From contig NW_025964223.1 in the NCBI RefSeq assembly GCF_023055435.1, positions 35,650,001 to 35,714,000 on the forward strand: a stretch of 64,000 nt of DNA, in the 5' to 3' direction. The translations under genes and the position numbers were made by a program. Below the pieces are notes generated by a model. It did no database searches. It had not been told where the DNA came from and saw only the letters and a program-made list of their open reading frames with translations. Source of the DNA: Haliotis rufescens. Its lineage: Eukaryota. Below are positions 52,088 to 64,000 of this stretch, one piece after another. Position 1 is the stretch's first letter. Every line of letters begins with the position of its first letter.

Positions 52088-54189
52088 CTCACACGCAAAA
52101 GAAACGCAAGTCGAGTATGCAGTATACATGTACATGTTATTTATTTTCAACAGTAAAGACAAGAAATACTAATAGGGCAAGATTGACAAAAATTTGACTG
52201 AAGACAGTTTTAATGGATTAAAAGGCAGATGACATAATTGTTTTTTTCAAATGTTAAGGGCTTACACAGTTTTGGGTCAATACCCAAAATGTCAGTCAAT
52301 ACTTGGTGTGACCACCATTAGCATTGATCACTGCCACACATCTCCTGTACATTGAGTGGATCAGACAATTTGTGAAGGCCCTAGGGATCCTCCTGCACAC
52401 ATCCAGAGCAGCTGTGCGTAGTTCATCGGCAGTTGTAGGGACTTGGCGCACATTGTGCAGACACCTTTGAACCTCATCCCACAAGTGTTCGATGGGGTTC
52501 AGATCAGGGCTGAGGGATGGCCACAGTATGATGTTGTGTTGTTGCAGAAAGGCAATGGTAGCTCTGGCAACATGGGGACGAGCGTTGTCCTGCTGGAAAA
52601 TGTGTTGTTGATGTTGTGCAAAAAATGGAACAACATGAGGTCTGATCACTTGGTCGATATACCACTGAGGTCCCCGACCTTGACCAACATTCAGAAAGCA
52701 CATGGGTCCAAGTCTCCCATTTAGTCTAATCCCTGCCCATATCATGCCACTAGGTTCCACAACGTTTCCGTCAGCGAAACGATCACCTCGACGCCACCAA
52801 AATCTGACTCTTCCGTCTGCACAAAAGCGACTTTTCATCAGAGAAGATGACACGCCTCCACTCACGTTGACGCCAATTGTGATGACCCTGTGCCCACTGA
52901 AGTCGTGCTTGTCGATGCCGTGGTTGGAGAACAGGTCGATGTGCTGGTCGGCGACATCTGAGGTTGTTGGAAGGAGACGTCAGATCACAGTGACCTGGCT
53001 AATGTGTTGATTATGTGTTCCTATGGTCTGTTGAGCACTTTCACTTGCAGTTAGGAACGGATGTCGATGGTGTTGACGGGTAATCTGCCGATCTTGTCGA
53101 GGTGTGGTGACCCTAGGACGACCGCTCCGAGGAAGGTCATCTGTGGTCTGTGTAGCATTGTATCGATGCAGGAGACGGTTAATTGTGGTTATGTTAACGT
53201 TGAAATGAAGGGCAACATCTTGGACAGACTCTCCAGCTTCCAAACGTCCGATAGCCTGCTTTCTCTGAATTTGAGTTAGGTGTGGCATTGTTGACCAAGG
53301 AGTGGTAGGTCCAAGAATCGGCCACAGTTTTATACCCACTACAGTTCGTGACAGTTCAAGCATTTTCGATTTCGCGAGAAATGGGTGCATGATACCCACA
53401 TATTCATTGAAATGGTGCGTTTTGGCGATTCGTTTTTTATGTTGCGTCTTACTCGGGGCTTCCAAAATGCAACCAAAAATATTGATAACACCATCAGGCT
53501 TCACTACGTGCTAAAACTCGTATCAATTTATGGTTCCGTGTTTGTTACCTATTTGCTTAAAACCATAGCATCTTTGAGAGTTCATGTTGCAGAATTTGAA
53601 GAACCATCAATCAGCTGTGGACAGTTGCTTGAATCTGGTTTCCCTTGCGAACTCATATAGAATTGTGCTAAAATTGCCTGTGAGAGATAAAAGTGTCAAA
53701 TCGTTTGAAATATTTTAATTACACAATGTATACTCACACGCAAAAGAAACGCAAGTCGAGTATGCAGTATACATGTACATGTTATTTATTTTCAACAGTA
53801 AAGACAAGAAATACTAATAGGGCAAGATTGACAAAAATTTGACTGAAGACAGTTTTAATGGATTAAAAGGCAGATGACATAATTGTTTTTTTCAAATGTT
53901 AAGGGCTTACACAGTTTTGGGTCAATACCCAAAATGTCAGTCAATACTTGGTGTGACCACCATTAGCATTGATCACTGCCACACATCTCCTGTACATTGA
54001 GTGGATCAGACAATTTGACAGTTTTGGCGATTCGTTTTTTATGTTGCGTCTTACTCGGGGCTTCCAAAATGCAACCAAAAATATTGATAACACCATCAGG
54101 CTTCACTACATGCTAAAACTTGTATCAATTTATGGTTCCGTGTTTGTTACCTATTTGCTTAAAACCACTTGCTTTTTTTGCTAGTGAGT
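52088..54189 (-). mobile_element. Tc1 transposon nested in the ISL2EU-like element, with tandem duplication and deletion
   Basis: TIR ta|ctcacacgcaaaagaaacgcaagt at 52088 and again at 53733; opposite TIR acttgctttttttgctagtgag|ta ends at about 54189. Confidence 0.85.
52296..53288 (-). pseudogene. Tc1 transposase, frameshifted
   Basis: MPHLTQIQRKQAIGRLEAG (HTH), RSGRPRVTTPRQDR, FSDE, FQQDNARPH, WPSLSPDLNPIEHLWD, GGHTKY; split across frames. Confidence 0.92.
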
Positions 54190-55130
54190 ATATATACATT
54201 GTATTTAAACTGATGTCCACAGCACTGGCTCGGTCTGATTGCAGTTTGCTGCAGAAACCCTCACTTCAGAATCTTTTGTTAGAAAAATCTGAAAATATAT
54301 TGAAGTTGTGAAGAAATACATACAGAGGTCAATTGTGTGAATGCAATTAAATAAGTGTTCTACTATTAAACACTTATAACACTGTGCCATGTCACTTTGA
54401 CTTTCTAAAAAATATCTTTTATATAATTGACATTAACCGGATCATCAGCATGGTCAGTTACCCAGAATGATTGTAGCAGTTTAATGTAACTTTCATACCC
54501 ATTGATTCAAATAAATTTGATTAATTTAATATGCATACGAAATATTCCTTACCTCTAAGTTATGAGGGGTTTCATTTTTCCCCATAGATCCGAGTCAGGA
54601 CACCGGACTCCATCGCACGATGCTGGAAATATAATAATTACCATACACACATATTCAACAGAACAGAAGTAGATAAAATATAGGGCTTACACACATTAAA
54701 AGGGCTGAATATTAGTCATTATGTCTGTCTTAGCCAATTCATATTATGTCCATAGACATCAGTTCAAAACTACAGCATAAATGACATGAAAGGTGACCTG
54801 TCAAAGTGGTCATTGTTATTTAGTGTAAAAATTGTTATTTAGTGTAAAATTACAATATACCTACTTTTAATACTGTTGATGAACCCATCACTGTTATACT
54901 GGAATCCCTTGTTCAACTGGGAAATCCCCACGCTCTTAGATTGGCTTTGAACAAAATTCTCGACGAAGCTGAACGAGACATCTGAGGCGCACGATAAATC
55001 ACTTCCGGGTGTTTGCTTTGCTGCCATGTGGGTAAAACCTTGTTTTGGAGTTTGACCTTGGAGTCATGCAAAAATATTAAGAGAGGTCTATTGGTTATAG
55101 ATTTGAAAGTTATGTGCATTACATTATTTA

Positions 55131-55816
55131 AACAAGAGTTTGCCACTAACGTGGCTATATCCCCCGCCCCTGTTGCAGAATTTATGACATAATTAAATCT
55201 AAACAGACCCTAACCTTTTTTAACCGAGGTGGAAATTGTAAAAAAAAGAAGAGTTTGGAACCAAAGTCCATCTTGCTGCCATGGAAACGTAAAAAATAAA
55301 AATTTCTAAAATTTCTAAATAGCAAAAGGCACCAGTTCAGCATGTACCTGACAAACCTGCAAAGTTTGATGAAAAAAATTGAACGGTTTATGAGTGATGC
55401 TCCGGAAACGAACCCTACACTTGCAGAACCTAAGTCCATCTTGCTGCCATGGAAACGTAAAAAAATATAAATTTCTAAAATTTCTAAATAGCAAAAGGCA
55501 CCAGTTCAGCATGTACCTGACAAACCTGCAAAGTTTGATGAAAAAATATTGAACGGTTTATGAGTTATGCTCCGGAAACGAACCCTACACTTGCAGAACC
55601 TAAGTCCATCTTGTTGCGATGGAAACGTAAAAAATAAAAATTTCTAAAATTTCTAAATAGCAAAAGGCACCAGTTCAGCATGTACCTGACAGACCTGCAA
55701 AGTTTGATGAAAAATATTGAATGGTTTATGAGTTATGCTCCGGAAACGAAACGTGATGGACAGATGGATGGAGCCCGTTTCTATATCCCCCGCCAACTTT
55801 GTTGGGCGGGGGATAA
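55131..55816. mobile_element. Helentron-associated non-autonomous element (HINE-like) with about 3 internal 170-bp tandem units
   Basis: Starts aacaag, motif tatatcccccgcc near both ends, gatgga microsatellite, terminal hairpin cccccgcc-aactttgttg-ggcggggg. Absent from the homologous empty site near 42360. Confidence 0.7.
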
Positions 55817-55819
55817 TAA

Positions 55820-56757
55820 TTCATAAAAAACTTAATAAAGTTTGTTTTAAATAAAAATAAAGTAAGCTAAAACATTCCTATCGTCGGAAATTTAACGATT
55901 TTTCGACAAATATAAGATTTCATAAAATCCACATACCCATTTCTTTTTTATTTTCATTTGTTTACGTAGTCGGAACATTCTTTCAAAAAGAATTACAAAT
56001 AATATCTGTCATCACAAATTTCCCGATGATAGTGGGTGTCCGCTCACTAATATGAGAAAATACCTCCGTTGTCGAAGCTTTGTATGAATATCACATACGT
56101 CGAAGGCTGCAATGTCAGTATACATGAAAAAAACTTATATTGTTTTACCAACATAAACTGCTACAAGGATCATGATTGGTCAAATTTAGGCACATGACCT
56201 AAGGCAGCCAATCAAATTACAGCAACGGTACTGTCCTCGTGTATGATAATTTTCAGACTTTGACAAAAGGTTTGGGATAAATCACGTTATTCTGAATGTT
56301 TCAAGCATGAAATTGCGATCTATATTAAAAATATAGAACTTGGTGGATGTATCGTGCTAGGTCACGAGCTGTGACAAAGATTTCATATGCATATATTTTG
56401 GCATTAAAAACATTGTGTCCTAGCCAAGAAATCGAGGCGACGAAAGCAGAGATGTCATTTGACAAGAGATCGCACGAAAAGATGGAAATAATAACTTAGA
56501 TGTCAGTTTGGCAACTTTTAGATATATTTTGGTTGATTTTATTACTTTGTATAATATATTTAAAGATTTGCTTGAAACGTTTGCGTGAAAATTTTGTTGT
56601 TTGACATGTTTAATGAGGATCCGTTGTCAAAGTGTGTCCCAGAAATTTATTTTCCATAACATTGCGTGAAATAGTGAATAATTTTTTAATCTACTGATAA
56701 AAAATCATAAAATCAAATGTAATACGTATTTCAGACATTGTGAAATGTGATAAATTT
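55820..56757. repeat. Unclassified dispersed repeat, copy b (host of the nested insertions)
   Basis: Direct homology to 42360-42750 and inverted homology to 47983-48710. Confidence 0.7.
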
Positions 56758-57600
56758 AACAAGCATGAAATACTCATATCCCCCGCCAATATGACATGTC
56801 TGGTTGTGTCCAATGCATTATTAGCTCCTGTGAACTATGTTCACTGGGCCTTTTTGTAAATGGCCTAATTGCTGCACTAAAAAAAGTTATTACTGGTGTT
56901 GTTTTGACATCTGCAGTTTATGATAGAATATGTAAAAGTATTTGTAATGAGTAAGAATGAAACATATGGACAAACAACTTCTTTATTACAATTAGGATTG
57001 CTGGTTTCGGTGTAGGTTCTAACACCGTTATCAAGCAAGTGAAGTACAGAGTATGGTTGACAAGAAAATATATACAGAATAGGAAGTTAGTCAGTGAATG
57101 CAACAACCGTGTCCATGACACTTTTGGAGGAACATACACACAAGCAATGCAGAACTTACCAACAAGAAAGGAAATGTATTCAATACTGTGAGATGACATT
57201 ATGTGCCAAGTTTGGTGAAGAAATATGGTACGGTTTTCAAGATCTGCTCCGGAAACCAGGACTACCGCCATTTTCAGTCTAAGTCAAAGTCGTTGCCATG
57301 GAAACTCGAAAAATAATTTCTTTAAAAATCCCAAACTATCAAAAGGTACCAGTTCACCACTAGACCTATCTATGTGCCAAGTTTGGTGAAGAAATATGGT
57401 ACGGTTTTCAAGATCTGCTCCGGAAACAAGGACTACCGCCATTTTCAGTCTAAGTCAAAGTCGTTACCATGGAAACTAAAAAAATATTTTTTTTAAATCC
57501 CAAACTATCAAAAGGCACCAGTTCACCACTAGACCTATCTATGTGCCAAGTTTGGTGAAGAAATATGGTACGGTTTTCAAGATCTGTTCCGGAAACAAGG
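56758..57600. mobile_element. Second HINE-like element, truncated, with about 170-bp tandem units
   Basis: aacaag...atatcccccgcc start; units at about 57202, 57373, 57542 share ccatggaaac, aaaaggcaccagttca and gctccggaaac with the 55131 element. Confidence 0.6.
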
Positions 57601-58058
57601 AAGCCAAAAGCCATACGCTTTTTCCGTGTCAGTGGATATCATGTGACCTAATGCATTCAAACAGCTGTTTTCTATCGATCTTGTTTACTGTTTGTAAGCT
57701 GCACTTGAGAACGAGGCTTGGTTTTTACGGTGAAAAGATCCCTCACTGTTAATGACTCCAGGAATATTCTGACATGTTGTTATTTTAACTGCTGCCTTTA
57801 CAATATGTACTAAACATGCTAAATAGTTGTTTTATTTGTCGAAAGTTGGGATTGGCAAAAAGTAGGGGGGAATGGTAATTTTAAGAGTTGCCAGTCCACA
57901 AGGACTGGCAGTTTCAAAAGCCAGCGGGAACACCTTGTATGAAAAGTCACTGTTTGAGATCAACCAATCAGCAATCATGAAAGGAAAACATCTTCCCCAT
58001 GCTTCTTTACCAATGAAAACAAATTTTGGAATTACAATACTCAAATAATAGCAAAGCT

Positions 58059-58527
58059 AGAGGTGAGTGCCTGTCATGTATAGGGAATACATATAGACAG
58101 CAGAGGAAGAGGAGAGTGCCTGTCATGTATAGGGAATACATATAGACAGCAGAGGAAGAGGAGAGTGCCTGTCATGTATAGGGAATACTTACAGACAGCA
58201 GAGGAAGAGGAGAGTGCCTGTCATGTATAGGGAATACATATAGACAGCAGAGGAAGAGGAGAGTGCCTGTCATGTATAGGGAATACTTAGACAGCAGAGA
58301 AAGAGGAGAGTGCCTGTCATGTATAGGGAATACTTAGACAGCAGAGGAAGAGGAGTGTACCTGTCATGTATAGGGAATACATATAGACAGCAGAGGAAGA
58401 GGAGAGTGCCTGTCGTGAATAGGGAATACTTAGACACCAGAGAAAGAGGAGAGTGCCTGTCATGTATAGGGAATACTTAGACACCAGAGAAAGAGGAGAG
58501 TGCCTGTCATGTATAGGGAATACTTAC
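58059..58527. repeat. 47/49-bp minisatellite, 9 copies plus the genuine exon/donor junction
   Basis: Units start at 58068, 58117, 58166, 58215, 58264, 58311, 58358, 58407, 58454 and 58501. Confidence 0.95.
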
Positions 58528-58682
58528 GGATAGCACAGGAAGAGGCAGTACAGTGGGGAGTGCTGGATGACAACATTGTAGCCTGTGTAGATGAGTAGAG
58601 TGGCCACTGTGCCCACCACCACAACCTTCACTAGCTGTACCAGCCAGAACAGTACACCCTTGTATGTCCGACTCCCGTACAC
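58528..58682 (-). CDS. TMEM39: TMEM39 exon (155 nt), the most 5' exon found in the window
   Basis: VYGSRTYKGVLFWLVQLVKVVVVGTVATLLIYTGYNVVIQHSPLYCLFLCYP, ending in the TMEM39 LFL.YP motif; flanked by gttacag and gtaagt; phase 2 fits the next exon. Confidence 0.88.
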
Positions 58683-59748
58683 CTGTAACATCAAACAGCT
58701 TCTGAACAAAAAACACAAACACAGCTGCAGCAAACAGGTTTTCTAGTAATGACTGTAATATGTTAACTGGTACTATTCTGTATATATACACAAAAACTAT
58801 TACCTTTTCCTGAATGCCCTAAACCATGCAACCAGGTATTAATACAAGAGTTCTCAAAGGCTAATGTTTGGCCCCAGATCTACAGCAAATTACAGGTATT
58901 ATCATCAATAATAATTAATGTTTTAGCTTTGCAATGGTGACTTGTATTTCACTAAAAATGGACCAATAAAGAGAAATGGTACTTGTTCCCTTTAATCATG
59001 CTAATACATAATTTAACATTAATACATTGATTGCATTCCTAAACTATCTGAATTAAAGGAAATAAAAACAGAGAAAACAATTTTGACAAAAGGAAACTTT
59101 TTTTTCCAAATTTTCCTGCAGGGCTCTTGGTTAAAATTGATGATAAATCCCTGTTCATTAAACATCAAATCAATGAAAGTAGCAAACTATTTCTTATCCA
59201 ATATCATTTGCAGTCACAAAATACAAATACAATGTATTAATCTTAAATTTGGCTATCTTGTATGCAGCCTATTATATGTAACAGTATAATAACTCTCAGA
59301 AATCACTACTGTTGGTAATACGTCACAGCTGTAGAAGGTTTTTGTCTTGTAGTCTATCTGATCGTCAATAACCTGCGGCATTGTGGGAATGAAATGAATG
59401 AAAATATGATCTGAAGTAAAGGGTATTCTACAATAGAATCACTTGTCTTATACTTGAACAATTAATCCTCAAACTAACTCTGTCAGGTGTAATTGCTTGA
59501 TCGCTTGTGGAAGCATGTATTGGATGATAATCACATCCCTGAATAAAAGGTATCATGATACGTGTCATATTTATGTATCATACACATCTTCTGGGGTTGT
59601 AAGTAGGATTTGTTGTTTGTTGGGACAAATCTCTGTAATTTACTACTATTTTAAGAGCATGAGTATCAGAATTATGTAAGAAATTATGGATCAATGAATT
59701 AACACCTGTCATGACTCAAAGCACTAAATGGTGGGACACAATCTATAA

Positions 59749-59905
59749 GTTTGGTTTGGTTTGTTTGTTGTCTAACGCAGCACTCAGCAATATTCCAGCT
59801 ACATGACGGCGGTCTGTAAATAATCGAGTCTGGACCAGACAATCCAGTGATTGATATCATGAGCATCAATCCACCCAATTGGGATATGATGACATGCATC
59901 AACCA
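59749..59905 (-). mobile_element. 3' part of a SINE (same family as 22301-22495) with (caaac)n tail
   Basis: Reverse complement tcactggattgtctggtccagactcgattatttacagaccgcc...gctggaatattgctgagtgc. Confidence 0.7.
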
Positions 59906-61449
59906 CAATCTACAAGGGGCAAAATAATATTGGTAAATCTCTTATTTCAAACTATGATGACTGGTATATATATTACAACTGAGTAACTGCTTGCTTGATA
60001 GATGCATGGTAGATTTTCATTTGGCATATTTCTAGAGTCAGAATAAAAATTAAAAATTCAGATGTAAAAGGAAATTTTGATATAAAAGCAGTGATTTTGA
60101 CACAAAAAGCTGTATACAGGTCAATGACTTGGACCCAAGAAATGTAAGAAGTCACTGGCAAAAGTCAGTAAGTCACTTAAACAAAGATGCCGGATGCAGT
60201 AAAATTTCGAAGTTAAATCAGTACTTTTTAAAAAATTGGGCAAAGCTTCCGCACACCCGGCTACCCGCCGGGTCTGGGAGCAATACTGCCATCAACTTCA
60301 CCCCCCATCCCCCAGACACAAGGACAACTGAGTCTTGATTGGCACTATACTTTATGAGAGCATTAAAATCGATGGCTCCAAATCGATACCCTAGGTGGAA
60401 TAATCCTTACTATTTACTATTTAATCATGAAATTATGACACATGTGACGCCTTGCTTAGCATTTCTATCAGTCAAAAGTCTGACAACTTAAACAAACCAT
60501 CGGTCAAATAGAGAGTTTATCGGTCTATGACCGGTGACCGAGGGCCATCTGAAACCCTGAAAAGTAACATTCAAAATCAGTTGTTTAATTCGAAATGATA
60601 TTTCTCCTTCAATTTTTTATAAAGGCACGGATATATACTAGCCTAATTATGGATCAGTGATAAAGGCCTGTCAAAGATGTCTGTGTGCTGCAAATTTTAA
60701 AACATTGAAGCCCAAGGTAGTATGAGAACCATTTGTTGAGATTTGGATGCTTGAATGCTTGGGATTATCGTGGGAAATAACACAAAGGCTGATAATAAAA
60801 TAAGTTTGCATTATTTCATCGATGCGATATGTTAGCCCAGACTGACAGAATGCCTCACTGTTTTGTGACGTAGAAATACCGTGGCAATATTTTTCATGGC
60901 GTTTTCTCAGCTATCTTCCATCGTGACAATTCGTCTTTTAGTTGAAGACTCAACAAATATTGATATATTCTAAATTAATAATCACTTCAAATTATGCACT
61001 AGTTAAAAATATTCAGTTGTAAATAACAGTTTTTGAATGAAGGTACAACAGGGTAAAGCTTTAGCTTGGCTCCATCTCCACATGTCACCAGTTGTCACAG
61101 GTTAAATCTTTTCAAAAGGAGAGTTATTGCCCTTTGGAACAAAAAGATGCCCATTCGACAACCCAAGTTACATTCAAGTTTTATCACTTTTAGTTGTATT
61201 CAAAGCATGAAGCATTAACTTTCACAAGTGGCATGTCTTCTCAAGTTTGAGAAACCACTTGATAATGTAATACCACTAAAAACTTGATGGGGGAGGGTGT
61301 GCTAAACTAGCTTTGTTGTCTTGAAACCATAGATCAACTTTCAGGTTAAATATGAAGCTATTCCTCGCATTATGGATTCCATTGAAATGATTTATTGTTG
61401 TTCATATTATTGAAATTCTGGTTCTGACTCTGGTTTTGATTTCTTGCAG

Positions 61450-63600
61450 GGCTAAAGAAGCCGTTGAAGTGTTGCACTGGCCATGACCCTTTAGTAACTG
61501 GATGTCAAAGATTGCCCGTGCATCATGGAACATTGACGAAACAAGGGTTCCCTTCTCCATTTACCTCAGGTTACACCAGAGAGAGGATCCAAAACCATCC
61601 TGGCACACAAGAACTGAGAGAACCAGTGATGGCTGCTATCACACTGTCTTGAAGATTTCTAGCCTCTCCGAGGAAGAGGGAAAAATCTGTGATAACCTGC
61701 ATTGCAGCTTACTGATCACAAACACCCTTCATAAACAACAGACAAATAACACCAAGTTGCTATCATAACAGGGGCAAGTGGAAATGAAAAGAGCATTCAC
61801 TACCACCTGAGCCACTCTGCCTGAGGAACAATAGAGCATCAGCGGGGAACATCGGTGATCCCCGGAATGTGATAGGCTTGACTTGCATGTCAACTCCAAC
61901 AAAGGTCGGGAATGTGTAACCCCATTATGTTGATGTAGTACACAGGTGACGAGTGAGCACAAAGTCTGTCAAGGAGACTCTGTCAAAGACATTAGACTCA
62001 AAGCACTATTAGGTCGGGCTGATCTCTGGCTATCCAAGGTTGGAGTCGACCCGATCTGGTAACATTCTGTGCCAATGTAAGGAGATGCAACAGTACTTGC
62101 CATTGGTGTACTGGTGTTTCCAGGCAGACCTTGTATCACAGGCAGTTTGACGGGGTATAGGTTTTAACAGCTAGTCTATATATTTAAACAAGGAGTCTAT
62201 ACATGTTTTATACATTCCCCCAGTTAAGTAAGTTAAGTATATCTATCTAAATATTCACAGTGCTGCCAATACAAATTACAACAGCAGTTGGGCTACCATT
62301 ATTAACAGCACAGAGTCATGTGTGGGTCAGCGGCTTGTAATTAACGCTTAAGAATGGCCGGTTGGCCACTGAAGCTTAACATTGTTGATGAGGTGCAGGA
62401 TACTGCAAACTGACTATATATGTAACGTAAAACAATACATGTCAGTCTGACAGTAGTATGCATTCTTTGAGTCGATCTTTGACCCTCGGACAGCGGCTAG
62501 GAAGGTTGGCCCTCTCGCGCCTCTGAGAGGCTAACTGCATGGATATGATGTAGCTGCAGACCATCATAAGATATATGTTGTGGACCCACAGACGGACTTG
62601 CGTTGTCAAAAGCAGAAGTATTCGGTAGAGCACCAACTTCTACCTCGGATACTTGAGATATATGTCGGGGTTGTGGATATATGTAGCCACCTGTTTTAAG
62701 GAACCAAGAGGCGATTCAAAGCTGTGTAAAGCTGAACTTCATGGACTGTGAGGGAGTTAAATTGTTTGATAGGCATTACTTAGAAGTTATCGGATGACAA
62801 CAAGACACAATTTATGGATAGTCGACTTACAAACTTTTCTTTGGGGAGTAATTATTGCAGATGAGATTTATTCTATTGCTCTTTTCTCCAACAAGAGAGA
62901 CAGGTAATCCTGTGGGTAAGGCATTTCCCCGAGGACTGGATGAAAAGGGAAGGGTCTCGTTCAACCACAGTTAATGCCCATGTCTAAGGGTGTCGACTCC
63001 CCACTTGTCCTTGAAAAGTTGTCCCCAATTTCTCCAGAACCCTTGGTGGAAGGTTGTAGCAGTACTCAGTATACATTTGGAATTACATCTCCCTCGTTGC
63101 CAGGCCTAACAGGAGGCACCAGAGGAGTCGTTTGAACCGTTCCCTCCTTGGCAACTACCCTGGTTGCCAGCACCCCTGATATTCATGGAGGACAAATATG
63201 ACAACGGACCAGCCACGGGAGACAGACCATCAAGCGCAGCAGGAGAAATAGACAGGACCCCACACACAACAGGACACTCTAGGTGGAGGTATAAGAGATG
63301 CATGATGTGCTGAAGAAGTCAACTTCCTCCATTCTCTTTTGGTTTATGTACTAAAATAGATAGCAGAGGCACAAAATTACTTTAGTAAAGAAAGCCACAA
63401 AGAATTGTAGCACCCATAAAATAATAAAAACTCACGTCCAATTTGTAACAACAAAATGCAAATGAAATACAGAACATTACAACGTCCAATACAAACATTT
63501 CGAAAGCAGAAACTGCATCATTGTACAAGAGGACGTATCCAAACATTTTAAAGCAATATGTCCAGTAGATTTGCAAGTGAAGAGGATGATGTGCTTTTCA
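61450..63600 (-). mobile_element. Highly degenerate DIRS-like remnant
   Basis: About 61830-61945 reads, with frameshifts, VYYIN..NGVTHSRPLLELT and AYHIPGITDV.ADAL, matching DIRS RNase H motifs. Boundaries uncertain. Confidence 0.45.
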
Positions 63601-63710
63601 AGATACAAAGTCTTCTTGTGTTGTTTGTGGTAGCCATGAACATTTAGAACACGTCATGACTATGTCAAGGTGATCTTAAATTTTAATAAAATCTATACAT
63701 TTCTTACATT

Positions 63711-64000
63711 TGTACACTTATCCTGCATTACTCCTTGAAGCATCAACTGCTTACCTTTTGACAGATGGTCTGGCTGAAGTTATAAAAAGTTGTTCTAATG
63801 AAGTCTGAAACCTGCCCTGACACAACTTGCCACGGGACTGAACTGAAGTGATGACGTCCCGGATCTTCATATTACTGCTTGTCACAATTTCATCTGAAGA
63901 TATAGTGGGGAGGCAGGTCTCTGATGGAAAGGCCCTAAGATATTGTAATGCAGGATAAGTATGCAAATATGAAAAATATTCAGATCTTACTAAATTTTTC
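63711..64000 (-). mobile_element. 3' terminus and ICR of another family-B DIRS element (continues beyond the window)
   Basis: acttatcctgcattactcctt terminus as at 43954, and complementary gtaatgcaggataagtat at about 63945. Confidence 0.8.

Larger units (their letters stand above)
50237..55089 (+). mobile_element. ISL2EU/Harbinger-superfamily DNA transposon, decayed, with two convergent intron-containing genes
   Basis: About 55-bp imperfect TIRs (agccgtctcttaatattt...ggtcaaactccaaaac) with AT on both sides. + strand THAP-like start (MASEHRCVLKC...LRKR*LAAIRQVKGKLFT|gtaagt) and DDE_Tnp_4-like remnant (SDVEMTK...LDLVQPGDSVRADQGFTI...LNIPSF...QFS...IASLRVHV). - strand second gene remnant starting at 55027 (NKGFQY; KNETPHNLE|gtaag). 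Confidence 0.75.

Noticed and set aside
60181-61300. Possible additional Helentron-like or hAT-like fragments
   Set aside because: Only weak terminal hints; boundaries cannot be supported.
58700-63700. Further upstream TMEM39 exons
   Set aside because: No segment with TMEM39-like translation and splice sites was recognised; they are probably outside the window.

Overview
Eukaryotic, AT-rich, repeat-dense animal DNA. The SINE, Helentron-like and DIRS families present suggest a mollusc such as abalone (inference, not verified). There are two convergent host genes. (1) A small + strand gene with two coding exons (2162-2369, 3245-3435; 132 aa) of unknown function, whose motif pattern resembles small uncharacterised bacterial proteins. 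(2) The last five coding exons of a TMEM39-family gene on the - strand (58528-58682, 43272-43554, 28538-28722, 8795-8915, 8332-8559); all splice sites are GT-AG and phases match, and the 5' exons lie beyond the window. The 14-20 kb TMEM39 introns hold a 7.4-kb 28-bp minisatellite, an almost intact RTEX-like LINE, six decayed DIRS-type tyrosine-recombinase retrotransposons (all co-oriented with the host gene), a Kolobok-like TTAA element, an ISL2EU/Harbinger-like element carrying a nested rearranged Tc1, Helentron-like elements, MITEs and SINEs. Main observations: two intronic minisatellites are amplified copies of TMEM39's own splice-site sequences with the critical GT or AG mostly absent; the DIRS cluster has one orientation; the small gene is bacterial-like; and several TE rearrangements can be read directly from the sequence. 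No CRISPR, rRNA or tRNA genes were seen.
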